Part shown: piece by piece, positions 1-12,741 of the stretch
Numbering within the stretch: the stretch's first letter is position 1
Layout: the number at the start of each line of letters is the position of its first letter
Assembly (NCBI GenBank): GCA_964035545.1
Contig: OZ037769.1
Coordinates: 3,887,929-3,951,928 of the forward strand
From: Bugula neritina
Lineage: Eukaryota; Animalia; Bryozoa
DNA: 64,000 bases
Reading direction: 5' to 3'
The notes under the pieces: generated by a model
Databases searched by the model: none
What the model was told of the DNA's origin: nothing
Seen by the model: the letters and a program-made list of their open reading frames with translations, nothing else
Program-made: the position numbers and the translations under genes

Positions 1-131
1 AGCCAGTATTTACACTGAATCTCACAACGTGTTTTCATGTCTATAATATGTAATAAATCAATACATTTTGTAATCTTATTACCAAATTTTCACTCTCAGT
101 GTTTAGTAATTCAGTTCTGTATTCATTTCAG

Positions 132-3100
132 TTGGTCAACTCCTAGTGGTTCTCAGTATGATAGAATTCTCTTGGTGCTCAAACTGCAGGATTTCTCTAG
201 GTTCTGGTGGTAAGTCTTGTTGTAACACTAAGCCTAGGGCCACACTGTGCATATTTTCGCATGCGAAAATTGAAACCACAAGTAGCAAAGGTGTCCACTG
301 TAGCGTCAGTGATGCGTGATAAATAAAGCTTTCATTTTTAAATCGCACTCGCTTTCAATAAAACGCAATTTACTGGAATGTAGCACTAAAATAAAGAAAT
401 TGGGCTCGCTGAATAACTACCAGCCAATTAGGTGACGACGACAGAGACGATTCGCACTTGCGTTGAGAATGCTGAGCGACAAGTGCGAATGTTTTCTCAA
501 CGCGTACAGTGGACACCTTTGCTACTTGTGATTTCAATTTTCGCATGCGAAAATACGCACAGTGTGGCCCTAGGCTTACTGAATGGTGATGATAAACTTG
601 TTAGCAGTTCCATTTGTCAATCTTATTAATAAACATTAAATATAATTCTATCACAGCAAGTTAAACCCTAAGCATTAGTTCATGACTTGTTACTTGTGTT
701 CTGATGTTATCTGGACCAATAAAGCTATATTTATGAAAATATTACGCAAGTTTATAGTTACTATTCCTGTGAGAACCCTTGTTGGAAAGGGTTTTATTAA
801 GCTGGCTAAAGATGTATTCATATGTGGCACAGGAGCAATTATGACTGGATGCTCTTCTTAGCATCACCAATGGCCTTTACTGGGGTTTGAACCCATGACC
901 TTGTGCTTACTAACCCAGCGCTCTAACCACTACACTATGACTGCTCCATATTTATTCCGAATATAACATTTCCTAAATTGTTTCAAATTACACCTTTTTT
1001 ATCGAATGATTTATTTTTTGTTCACCTGTTATGGGTCAAAGTTTCACTTGTTGCGTGACATCTGTAGCGTGACATCTGCAGCGTGTCATGCTTCTGTCAG
1101 CGTGCTGAGTCAGCAGTTAAACTGAGAGACCTCTATTGCAGACTCGGGAATACAAACAGCATATACTACCATCACGCTGAAGAGGTCAAGTTTGAATCAT
1201 TTGCAGACTATTATCACTCCAGAATGTCTCCAGACAAACTCCTCGTCTCTCTTCAGTCTCTTCAGCATCTCGCGTCGTGTAAATTTGACTTTTACTATAA
1301 AGTATGACAGCCACATAGACTGTGCTAATTCCTACCTTTTCATCAGGTGAGTCATGTAAATATGTAGGTGGATGTGTACAGGTATTTGTAAGGTGATTTC
1401 TCTAATTTTATGGACACGTTTTTGCTGAAATGATGAACCAAGTTTACAAAATGTTTACCTTTTTTATTTTAAATTATATCAAATAGAATAATATATGTAA
1501 TGTTAAGGTAAACACATCTTGTACCCATGGCAACAAAATGCAGATTAGTTTGAGTAGTAGATTGTTATTAATATGTTTTTAATGGTTTAATGTGGCTGAA
1601 TTTGTCATGTAAAGCTCCCTGGTGTTCTAGTTTACTCTGATTTACTAACTTTGAGTAATTGAGTGTAATTACAGAATGTCTTCACAAGTTCTTGCACTTT
1701 AAATTTTTATGATCATTAAAATTCAACCAGCTTTTTAGTAGAATATTGTATAAACTTTTGTTTATTCTTAATACTTGGTTAAAAATGTTTTTTAAAAGTT
1801 GCACTGTCATCATTCTTGTCATAATACACCTACTATCATTTGTATACATTTTCTTCTAAACTAAATTTGCTAATCAATGTTTTATCAAACGAATCATTTC
1901 ATTGGACTAATTTTATCCTATTGGGAACTACTAAACTATCATTTTACAATCAAAAACGTGCAATACTTTTACTTACAAGTTTAAACAAATGTAATCAGGT
2001 TATGGAATATGCTAGTGTACTTTGTAATACTGCCTTACTTGCATTTGGGTGTCGTCTTCTATGTATATGAGTTGTGTGTGGATAATAGAATGTTTGTACA
2101 CCATTGTGTTTACAACTGCTACTGTCAACACAATGTAAATACCAACTTATTGTGATTGCATACACATGTATAAAATGTTGATAGTTTACTAGTTTTTTGC
2201 TGACATTTCACAAATTGTGTCAGCGATTTATATACATGTCCATATTCACATTATTAGCCATCAAACAAATCAATACACTGGGTGACTGACATTTGAAGCT
2301 ATTCGAATATAACAGTTGAACTTACAGAGATATAGCAACTAGTAACATGCTAGGGTCTTCCTTTAAGTTATTGTATCATTTAGTGTTCCTGGTTTTGCCA
2401 TTTCTAAAAAGTTATAATGTTTTAATTGACCTGTATGTTTGTTGAACTTGCAGTGGTGATGTTACTGGCGCAGGTCATGTGACCATATACAGAGGATTAA
2501 CTAGAGAGTTGTCTACCCAGCACCAGTTTTCTCATTTGGTTGGGAATAGTTGTACGGATGTGACAATTCAGTTCTATGACCAAGCATTGCATTCATATCA
2601 AGGTCCAACTATACAGCTTTACTTTGCTCAACCTAGCTGTGAGTTGTTCTTCTTGTATGCTTTACTTCTAGCTAGCAGCTGTTATCAGTATCATTAGTAT
2701 AGTATATTACTAGTAGAGTATATAGTAGTATATAGTATATTACTAATAGAGTATATAGTAGTACATGGTAGTGATGTAGTATATAGTAGTATCTACTACC
2801 TAGTAGGGATAGAGTATAGTATATTACTAGTAGAGTATATAGTGGTGATAGAATATATAGTAGTACTAGTAGTGATAGAGTATATAGTAGTACCTAGTAG
2901 TAATAGAGTATATAGTAGTACTAGTAGTGATAGAGTATATAGTAGTACCTAGTAGTGATGAGTATATAGTAGTACCTAGTAGTGATGAGTATATAGTATT
3001 ACTAGTAGTGATAGAGTATATAGTAGTACTAGTAGTGATAGAGTATATAGTAGTACTAGTAGTGATAGAGTATATATAGTTATAATGCAGTATGACATAC

Positions 3101-6100
3101 AGCTATATGATAAACCTACTGATAGTTCCCACAGTGTGTAATGATGTATCTCGGAGTTGTCTCGTCAACCACGCAAGTCACCAAAGCGTCTGTCTGCCCG
3201 CCGAGTGGAAATGTAACGGGATACGTGATTGTCAGAACGGGACAGATGAGTCGGACTGCAGTGATAGTAAGTAGCTTACAGCTCACATGTATACTTACAC
3301 TGTAAGTAAGTTTAATTCTGTGTACTTACTTGTGTAGGCGTTTATACAAATACTTTACTTGTATAGAGTATAGTAAATTGTAATATAAAAGATATAATGT
3401 GGTTATGATGAAACTTTCAAAATCTTTTACTGCTATAAACAATTGAAGTACACATGTTAGACATGGACAATGCAGTTTAGTTGTATGTTTTTTTATAGAT
3501 TGCTATCTGTTTTATTAGTTAAAGTTATGTTATTGTTATATTCCATGGTACTTCTATTGTATTTTAGTTCAATATTGCAACAATTATTAAGCTCTCTGTT
3601 GACCTGGTAGTAGTATCAGTACACATAGTTGTAATAATATGGAGTTGTAATCCCCTGTCTGTTAGTCTGTTACCATTAGCTGAATTAGTTGTGATATAAA
3701 TAACTTGTCATCTAGACTCAAACTCCCATGTCTTACACAGATTGCAACACCTGCACTCAGCTGTCACTGTATGAAAAGTGCTCCAGTCAGAGCTTCTGCA
3801 AGTGCACGGAGTTTGACAACAGAATTGGCCAATCAGCTGTTATTAGTAAATGCAACGGTATGAGACGCCTTTTGTTTACTCCAAAGTTTGTTTGATTGTT
3901 TTACTGATGAGGGGGTGGATTAATTGAAAATTTATTATGTCTAGGAATAATCTTACTTTATCCCGGTTTCCTAAGTTTCTGAATATACAGCAAAATAACA
4001 CTTGCTGGTTTTCGTCTGTTTTGCTTCATTAATATCACTGAAGTTTTTTCGAAAACTTGTAATTGAAATTGTCAGAAATGGTGATTGAAATCAGTTTGAA
4101 GCATTTAAAATAAGCGTAGTAATAATGGTAAAAATACTAGTCGTTTTCAAATGTCTTGCTACAGGAGCTGCTCTTACTACCAAATTTGGAAAAAGTGGAT
4201 CCGTTCACAGCGTAGTAGACAGCTGGCCTCAGATATTCCCTCTCAACAGAACCTACTTGCTGCAATACCTTGATGCCGACGTTACGTTCACTATAAGATT
4301 CAACGAGATGACCCGAGATGATCGAGACTCCATCTCGCTGCACTACATGCAGTCTAATGTTGACTTGAAGTGGTAGGTATTTACCTCTTCTAGTACGTTA
4401 TATTGAATGTACAGATGTCTATAAGTCCTTATCACAGATTTGATATTAGTAGTGTTCTAATTTCTTCATAAATACAGGAATAAGCGTGTCTATTTGATCA
4501 TTCATTGTCTGTTTCAGGATGAATGTTGGAGACAGCAAGAAAGCGACGATTAAAAAAGGCAGCATTGCTACTTTGACTTTCATTGTACGATCACCTTATT
4601 CTGTGTATAACTTCACTTTCACTGACAATATTAACTGTGAGTATCAGTTATACTTATACTGATAGTATTCACTCTGAGTGTTGGTTACACTGTATATATT
4701 CACTGTGAGTTTTAGTTATACTGACAGTACTGCTAGTTTTAGTTACACTCACTATATTAACTGTGAGTATATTGGTTATACTGATAATATTCCCTGACAA
4801 TATGTAATTCTTTCCTATTCTTTGTCTACATTTACTTACCTCAATTAAATCTGAAAGAATGCTTATCATTGTTGATCATTTTATTGCCGAGAGCAGCTTT
4901 ATTTTAAACTACATTCACTGGAGTAATTTATATATATGTAATATCGCATCATGGCGTACATAAACTCTATCTAGTTGCTGCAATTTCATGGATTTTATTT
5001 AATCAATGCATATCAGGGCAAGCACTGGTTGTAAGCACCAGATTATCATTCCTAAATTTGTATTACATACCAGCTTTAATAATAGATTCTTGCCACTATC
5101 TTCGTTTCGCTAACGTTAAATTTCATACTGATGCCTGCTAATCTTTGCTCAAAACTTGGTCAATGTGAATAACTATTGCTGTGTTTGGCTATTCAGTTTA
5201 GTTATTCAATGTTACCAAGTCTATCATATAATATGTGGTTAGATAAGAGATTGCTCTTATAACACAGACTTGGTTCTTGTAGATGTAGTTGGGGCATCTA
5301 CTTGTGACGCCAACTCTGTGTATACACGACGGTGTTGGCATAACAACTTGTGTTACACTGCAGCCCAGTACTGTGATAATCACATGGACTGTCCCAATGG
5401 AAAGGATGAACTGGGGTGTGGCACAGAGCGTGGCAATGGTAGGTTGGGTCAATACCCCCCCCCTAATCCACATTTACATGTAACATTGTGTGTAAAGCTA
5501 ATGGGTCACTTGATTTTATTTAGTACACACTGCTTTGGGCATTTTCATTGCCCACTATCTGGAATTGTAGCTGCTAATGTAAATGTTTTTTGCCTGAAAA
5601 TAGTAATTTGTTAACAAATATTAATACAGATTGTGTAATTCTTTAAAGTGAGACAACTTAGTAATTCTTGGTTCCTAATTGCTCATAGGTAAGGCAACTC
5701 CTTTATATTTCTTGTTGTTAAGTTGGTCAGGTGTTGGTTGTAGTTTGTAGGAAAGAAGAAATAAAGTGTGTTGGTGAGCAGGGCGTCACACAGACGACGT
5801 GTTTCAGACCCGACCAGAGATGTGACGGCAGCAAGCAGTGCACCAATGGCTATGATGAGGAAGGATGTGGTAAGTTGTTGGCAGCACTTGTAATGTGAAT
5901 GGTTTGGGAGTTACTTCCTCTGTAGTTGTAGTACTCTCAATATACATAGATTGGGAGTTACGTTCTCTTAGGTTTCGCAACATTTTATAATGTCATAATT
6001 TGTAGTGCAGTACTTGTGCTACTAAACTCTACTGTATTCTATACTATATACTATTCTATACTATATACTATTCTATACTATATACTATTCTATACTATAT

Positions 6101-9100
6101 ACTATTCTATACTATATACTATTCTATACTATATACTATTCTATACTATATACTATTCTATACTATATACTATTCTATACTATATACTATTCTATACTAT
6201 ATACTATTCTATACTATATACTATACTACTCTACTCTATACTACTCTAATCTATAATACTCTACTCTATGCTACTCTACTCTACTCTATACTACTCTACT
6301 GTATACTGTACTCTATACTACTCTACTCTATACTACTCTACTCTATACTACTCTACTCTATACTGTACTCTATACTACTCTGCTCTATACTAGACTCAAC
6401 TCTCTGTGGCACACACAACGGCACCTACCTCTGCTCGAATGGCCTCTGTATATTTGAGAAGTGGGTGTGTGATAAGAGTGAAGACTGCCCTGATGGTGCA
6501 GATGAAGAGAAGTGTGAAGGTCAGTTGATACGTTCTCTCTTGAGTAGACTGCTTTCTCTTTCACGGTAACATTGTCATCTCCAGTAGCTTGTGTACCAGA
6601 CCTTTGCTTAATCATCTCCACATGGAGCTTCTGCTAAGGTAATGCTGCAAGTGTTGTAACTGATGCACGCTTAATTTTTATAGTAAACAGGAAGTAGAGA
6701 TCAAAAGACCCCAAGGATTATGTAAAGAAAGTTTACTTCATATGTCCCAAGCTTTAAAATAAAAACATGTAATTACTTTTCGTATAGTAAGCATTTACTA
6801 TACATGCAGTGTGTAGTTAATGTACATAAACATTACATAAACTTATATATTTTTCATAAAATAATTCAAGTAAAGTTATATTATTGTGTTTCCTAAGTTT
6901 TGGGATTTTACGTATATTTACATACATATGGTATATAAATAAAAGTCGTATTATTTTTATATTTACATTCTATGAACAGGTGCGTTACTTTATCTTCCAG
7001 CTTGTCTGGCAATGATGTCATATTTCCCCTTTCTCTGTCCATCTGGTCAGGTGTTTCAGATAATTAGCCTGTATTAATGCAGTGTATACCACATGAAATA
7101 GCCCAAAGTGCTACACTAACTTTGTAGATGAGTCTTATTTGCATCTCATCTCTTTTTACAGACTTCCATTCTTTTTTGTGTTGCACATTTGACAGTTGGA
7201 TTGTGTTTGATCATATTAGCCATGATGTCTATCAACAGTTTCTGGATCTGTTGATTAATTTGTTCTACCCAGGCACTATTACTGGACAATTGTGTTTGTA
7301 ACTTGTTAAGTTTTAAATTTAATTTAATAGAATGTAATTTGATTAATTATATTTTGTGTTGAATTTGTATTGTCTGAATTAATTTGTTAATTATATATTC
7401 AAAATAATTATAGACAAATGACAAATAAAAACAATCCGTACTACTATTAAATGGGCATTGGTGATTTTTTTGCTGATTAAAGTAGTATTTTTATAATTTA
7501 TATTCATGTCAAAGTTGTTTGAAAGTTTCTATAAACATATAGGCTTATTTTCTGTACTGTATAATCCTGAGTTTATGCCTTATTAGTGAGTCATTGCACT
7601 TCCCACTACACCGTGCTAGATTACTTCAAGCTCTAAGAATTTGATTCTAAAATTCTCCAGTGTTTTACAACATTTACTGCCGATTTTGATAACATTTCAT
7701 TTTCTCCTTTTGTGTTATTACACTAGCATAATATGTGTTATTGTGTTACTTTTAGGTGAAAGTTATATTGTAATCAATAAAAGATACAGCTTAGCTATTT
7801 ATTTCTTCACATTTTTATCTTTCTGTTAAACATTATGTTTTCAAATTCTATTGCAGGGACAAGCCTCAAAGTTATAACGGCATCTGTGATTGGCTCGTTG
7901 ATGTGTGCTATTATGATAGTGATTGCGGTTGGCTGTACTTGTAAACTGCACACCAATAGAATGTATGAAAGTCTGTACCAGAGGTCCAGGTAAGACAACT
8001 ACTCAACATCAGTTTCATCATAGTTGTTCATTACTGTATCTCTACCTTCACCAAAAAAATTGAGTTTGTTGTAATAATTAAGTTGTAGAATCACTTTAGT
8101 GTTTAGTTGTCAATTCTTGAGAACCTAGCTCTGAATTTTCCCCACAAGTAATTATTATTTGAGGGAGGGCCCAGAGCTAGTCTTTCCCATCAACTTTTTT
8201 GATGGAACTCTGTCTAAGCCAAGAATTGACTTCTGTCCAACATATTCTTGCTTGTCATGCAGTGTGTCTGTTTCATTACATACTTGGGGATAAACTAAGA
8301 GAATAGAGTTAGTAAAGTGCATAAAGTTTGGGTGGGGGTGGTTAGCATGGTGCACCCTCCCTCATGTACCCCGCTTGACTTGCTATAAGATACTGATTTT
8401 GTGTTGTAAGAATACTTGGTGATTTGGTTATTTCTATGAAGGAAAACCTTGAGACTACAACTTCTTGAACTGAAAACTATGACTAGTTTAAAAATATTTG
8501 CTGTCAAATGTAACAGGACATGGAAAAGCTCTGTCAATCATTTGTTTCCGACTTGTAAAGAAGAAACACACCTTTAGTGGTGTGTAGGATTGCTTTGATG
8601 GAGCCAAACCAATTAAACCTTTTATCTTTCTAAATCAAGAATATTTTTAGCCGCCATCTGTTTATAAAGTGAAGAACTCAATGTGCTAAAAATTAGTGAA
8701 AAGATGCTGCTTGTTGATTCATTACTAAACTGGGGAGTTATCTTTCCTAATAATCTGACCACCTGCTTAGAAGGTAGTGTTTCTAGGCCATATAGTTTAT
8801 TCACTGCCAAAAATGCAGACTGTGAAAAACTAACTTCACACAACAAAACTGCATCCATCTTTAGAATTAAATTTGTTCTTTTTACTGAAATATCAGTTAC
8901 TTTGACGGCTTGTGGTTGCCACTGCAAGACACTTTTTCTGGTTGTTTTTTAAAATACGACTGTGAGCTTTCCTTAGATGTCCTTGTGGTAGGAAAGCTTT
9001 CGTGTAGCAACAAATCTCTCATCTCCTTTCATGTCACCATTGCTCAAAGAGTTTGGTTAGTCTTCCATATTTCTGGCCAAAATCCTTGTTTACAAAATAT

Positions 9101-11673
9101 GCTTATTTCAAAACAGAGTTTAGGAATTTCTTCAGTAGCTGAAAAGTTGGATGTCACCGTGCTTTTGAAGTTGCATCTGGTTTTTAATCTTCATCAAACA
9201 GTCATGTCAAAACAGGTGCTTTTGTTCTCTCAGAGTCGGTGTTTTTGGAATGCTAATGGAGTTATTTTTATCTTCAATGCATTGTCACATTCTTGTCCAC
9301 CACTCATGCTTCTCTGTACAGTCAAACTTAACCAATAATTATAGAGCTTGGTGAACCTTGGGCCATTCAGAGCTCTACGTTAGCTTCGAATGAAGATAGT
9401 ATGGGCTTTCTTTCTTTTTTGTGTGAAGCATATTATCATTTTCTTTTGGTAACTTAATTTTCTTCCATTTTAATAATAGCTGGGAAAATTGAGCAACTTG
9501 AGAAATATAAACTTCAGAGTATTCTAGTGGGGGGGGGGGGGGGGGGCTGAATACCCTCCTCTACCTGTATTATAAACATCTCTAGTGACTCTATAGTCTA
9601 TACTCTGTAGTAGCTTCACTGGAAAAAACACTTCTCTGTTTTCATCATGTTCAATTTTTAAACTCCTCTTTTTTCAATTGTCTAAAATTGAAGGAATTTA
9701 ATGGGAGAGCCTGGTATACTACTGCAGTGCCTTGGATTTCTCTCTCACTTAGTGGGGGCCCCCTGCACCCAGCCTGAAATATACAATATAATCCCGAATT
9801 CAATGGCAAACCAGGCCCAAGGGTTTCTAACAGATTTGAAGTCAGTAAATTTGCAGCTTTATTATAGTGTCTTTACTAGTGTGATTGTGTGCAATCATAA
9901 CTTCCCTTTGATGTTTACCGATGAGAATTCATAACTGGGCACTGTAGCTGCAAACAATCCTTTGATCTTAAGCTTTTAATCCATAGATATGCTTACTATA
10001 CTTAAATACTTTATCAGGCTGATTACACACTCCGTGCGTGGAAAGCCTATATTTAATATATTTAAATACACAGGGTAGAAGTTTTCTCCAAAATTAGTCT
10101 TTCAAACAGCTTGTATCATTACAGCCTCTCTTTTCCTGGGACCATATAATTGTTTTAGAGCGCTGGGTTTGATGTGAGTCAGCCATGCATGTTGGTAATT
10201 TTATTCCTTATCGGTTGAACAGACAATATTTAATGAAATCAAATGCCAATTGATTTTGTGTAGGAATAGTAAGCTTCATCTCAAGTCAAACTGTATTTGT
10301 TGTTGAGTGGTGACTACCAGACTGGAAGTAATAGACCCCCTTCTTAACTCTAACACAAACCTCCTTGTATACTAGATGTTGGTGTATGAGTGTAGCAAAG
10401 ATTTGTTTTAGAAGAGCTGTGGTCTAGGGGGTTAGAGCTGCGCTTAGAACTAAATCGTGGGTTCGAACCCCAGTAAAGGTCATTGGTGATGTTAGGAAGA
10501 GCATCTAGTCATAAGTGCTACTGTATCACATCTGAATAAGTTCTTAGGCAGTTTTAAAAACCCCTCCCATCAGGGGTTCTCACAAGGGTAGTGACTATAA
10601 ACTTCCAAGAGTTTTTTTTTAGATGAGAGGGGAATAAGTTATGGTCTGGCAGGCAATTTCAACCCCTAACCAAAATTAAACTTATTCTAACATAATTTCT
10701 TGGTTACTCTACCTAAATTGAATTTTATTAGAAGATGTAACTTTTATCACACGCCAAAGTTTTAGGGTAGTTTTTCAGGTGCTCAAAATTACATCTTCAA
10801 GTCGGCTAGACCTGAGGAAACTTGATCACTAATAAGCTGGTGTGTTCTGCAGGTACGAATCTCCACTGAGCAGAATTACCAATGCACTGCTCAACAGAGC
10901 CGCCCCACCCCCCTATGCTGAAGCCATGCAGAGGTCAAGACCCTTTGAGGAAGTGCAGAATGAGTACCTCGCTGCCTTAGCTCGGCAGCAAGACGAGGAA
11001 AGGTTAGGCGACTCCGGGGAGGTGATGGAGGAACAGCACAGCATAGCGTCAGCTTCGGTAAGGAGTTAAACTTTAAACTTTGACCTTGTTGTGTTACATG
11101 TGGAGATAATTGCTGTTTTATTACATATTGCTGCTTATCCACCTTTAGTTTATTCAGCAATTAAATTGTTTAAACCTTTGAATTAAAAGTATTGAAAGAT
11201 TGGAAAAGTCTTTGATCTAGAGATAATGCCAAAGTAACCGCTTTTTATCTATAGTATCACTGCTATGGTGTTCCAGTAGCTAGTAACAGTAGTGAGTATG
11301 GATAGTAACAGCTGGTGTGTGTATTTACTCTACGCAGGGGGTGTTGGACACCACCGACTCTAGTCTTATTGAGATGACGGAAGACAGCTCTGTATCGTAT
11401 AGACGTAATCCCAACAAACCCCTGGAGTCTGCTCAACTACCTGACTTACCTTTAGTTCTACTGGATCAGCCCACATCTGCAGTCTTAGAACCCAAGTCAG
11501 ACGAGGAAGCGGAAGGGGGTAGTGATGACGGCCCCATCACAACTAGCCTGTCTTTTAATGAAATCGATGATAATAGCTCACCTAGTCGTAGGCAAATGGT
11601 ACGACACAATTCAGGAGATTCGGATGTGTCTCTGTTGTCTAGAAGCTCTGACGATGTCCCTTTACTTACGTAA
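132..11673 (+). CDS. LRP12: LRP12/LRP3/LRP10-family type I membrane receptor (divergent CUB-like segments, 4 LDLa repeats, TM, PPxY and DxxLL tail); 5'-partial, multi-exon
   Basis: In-frame GT-AG exons at approx. 132-209 (end of signal peptide GQLLVVLSMIEFSWC), 1142-1346, 2453-2638, 3126-3266 (LDLa CLPAEWKCNGIRDCQNGTDESDC), 3741-3857, 4165-4372, 4519-4636, 5283-5438 (LDLa), 5743-5868 (LDLa), 6393-6519 (LDLa), 7857-7989 (TM KVITASVIGSLMCAIMIVIAVGCTCKL, resembling LRP12 RVITAAVIGSLICGLLLVIALGCTCKL), 10853-11057 (YESPLSR..AAPPPY) and 11338-11673 (ends DDVPLLT, acidic dileucine). Confidence 0.88.
231..576. mobile_element. MITE (non-autonomous DNA transposon), ~72-bp terminal inverted repeats, TA flanks
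   Basis: 231-302 AGCCTAGGGCCACACTGTGCATATTTTCGCATGCGAAAATTGAAACCACAAGTAGCAAAGGTGTCCACTGTA is a near-perfect reverse complement of 505-576. TA lies at 229-230 and 577-578. No coding capacity; located in an LRP12 intron. Confidence 0.85.
735..947 (-). mobile_element. tRNA-derived SINE, copy 1
   Basis: Reverse complement aligns by eye with the copies at 10411, 49268, 52405 and 59170: A-box-like head, B-box GGTTCAAACCC, shared core AAGAGCATCCAGTCATAATTGCTCCTGTGCCACAT. Confidence 0.85.
2695..3080. repeat. Intronic minisatellite, ~27-bp unit AGAGTATATAGTAGTACTAGTAGTGAT
   Basis: Directly visible tandem array. Confidence 0.9.
4620..4795 (+). repeat. Degenerate ~31-bp tandem repeat whose unit is the exon end plus splice donor
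   Basis: ACTGACAATATTAACT|GTGAGT is followed by variants ACTGATAGTATTCACTCTGAGT, ACTGTATATATTCACTGTGAGT and ACTCACTATATTAACTGTGAGT. Confidence 0.7.
6025..6392. repeat. Intronic 17-bp minisatellite (CTATTCTATACTATATA) grading into 5-bp CTATA/CTCTA repeats
   Basis: Visible tandem array ending at the acceptor AG of the 6393 LDLa exon. Confidence 0.9.
10411..10610 (+). mobile_element. tRNA-derived SINE, copy 2
   Basis: GTGGTCTAGGGGGTTAGAG (A-box-like), GGGTTCGAACCCC (B box), TTGGTGATGTTAGGAAGAGCATCTAGTCATAA core, 3' TTCTCACAAGGGTAGTGACTATAAAC. Confidence 0.85.
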
Positions 11674-12741
11674 CTTAACAGTTGATGGATTTGCATGTTT
11701 TTTTGTCATATTTTTCTGTTCACGGTTACAACTAATCTGTATATTTTATGCTATTCCGTAAGCGTAGCTGCCTTTCACATTTATATATTTATATATATAT
11801 TTATATATATATATGAATCAAAGTTATAGAAATTTTACTTAACATTCTATTATAATGTAGAGCTTGAGCGTCTTACTCAGCCTCTTTGGATGTCCTAAAC
11901 CTCTTTTCATATGCATTCATATTATTAGATTTAGATGCTGACTTTTAAAATGCTGCCGTTTATTGATCTGATTGCAGAGTTTTGGCAGTGATTGTTTATG
12001 TTTACTCTTATTATTCATTTCCACTTCCGTGGTTGACAAATCTAAATGAGTTACTTTCAGTCAGAGATTCTGTAGATTAGATAAATCTACTAATGCTTAC
12101 TTGTCGATCTACAGAAAAAAAATGTTTCAACTAGGAAGTCATTTTATGTTTATTTTAATTATTTTAATAAAAATAAATCCAATTTCAAGGATGACACATA
12201 AAAATATCAGTATACATTAAGACAACATTAATTAAAAAGGGAATAATTCAATATAAATAAATTTATTTCTATCTGCCATGGAATGTATAATATAAGAACA
12301 TATTCCATGTATTTGGACTGCTGCACAAACATTTCCAACAGTGAATACATGCGAGGTACTACTAAAGGTATATTTCTAGGACATGTACATTCAGTATGTG
12401 CAGAATAAAAATTAAATAATTACAAATTCCAATTTTTTACAAAATTGTACAGAAAATAATGTAGGCATGGCCTCGATTGTCTGGGAGATAGGGTACTGAC
12501 TATCAAACTCACATAACTTTAAAATTTTTATCATTACAATATATCAAGTAATAGGTTAATGATAAAGTTACTAAAAATATACTTTGCTATAAATAATTAA
12601 ATGTTAAACCCTTTCTATTTCTGACTGTCAAACAAGAGTAATCATAAAAGTACATTCAGATAATCGTATTGCATTCCAATGACGTATACTATATTTTGAT
12701 AAAATAATATGACTTAGTAACAGGAACAGCTGAGCAAGCAG

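Noticed and set aside
8130-9800. Overlapping 80-140-aa ORFs and a G18 run (9529-9546) in an LRP12 intron, as a nested gene or transposase
   Set aside because: No recognisable motif or splice-consistent model; may be a decayed transposon, but I cannot support that.
10411-10485. tRNA gene
   Set aside because: A/B boxes are present, but there is no complete cloverleaf and the sequence continues into the shared SINE body.
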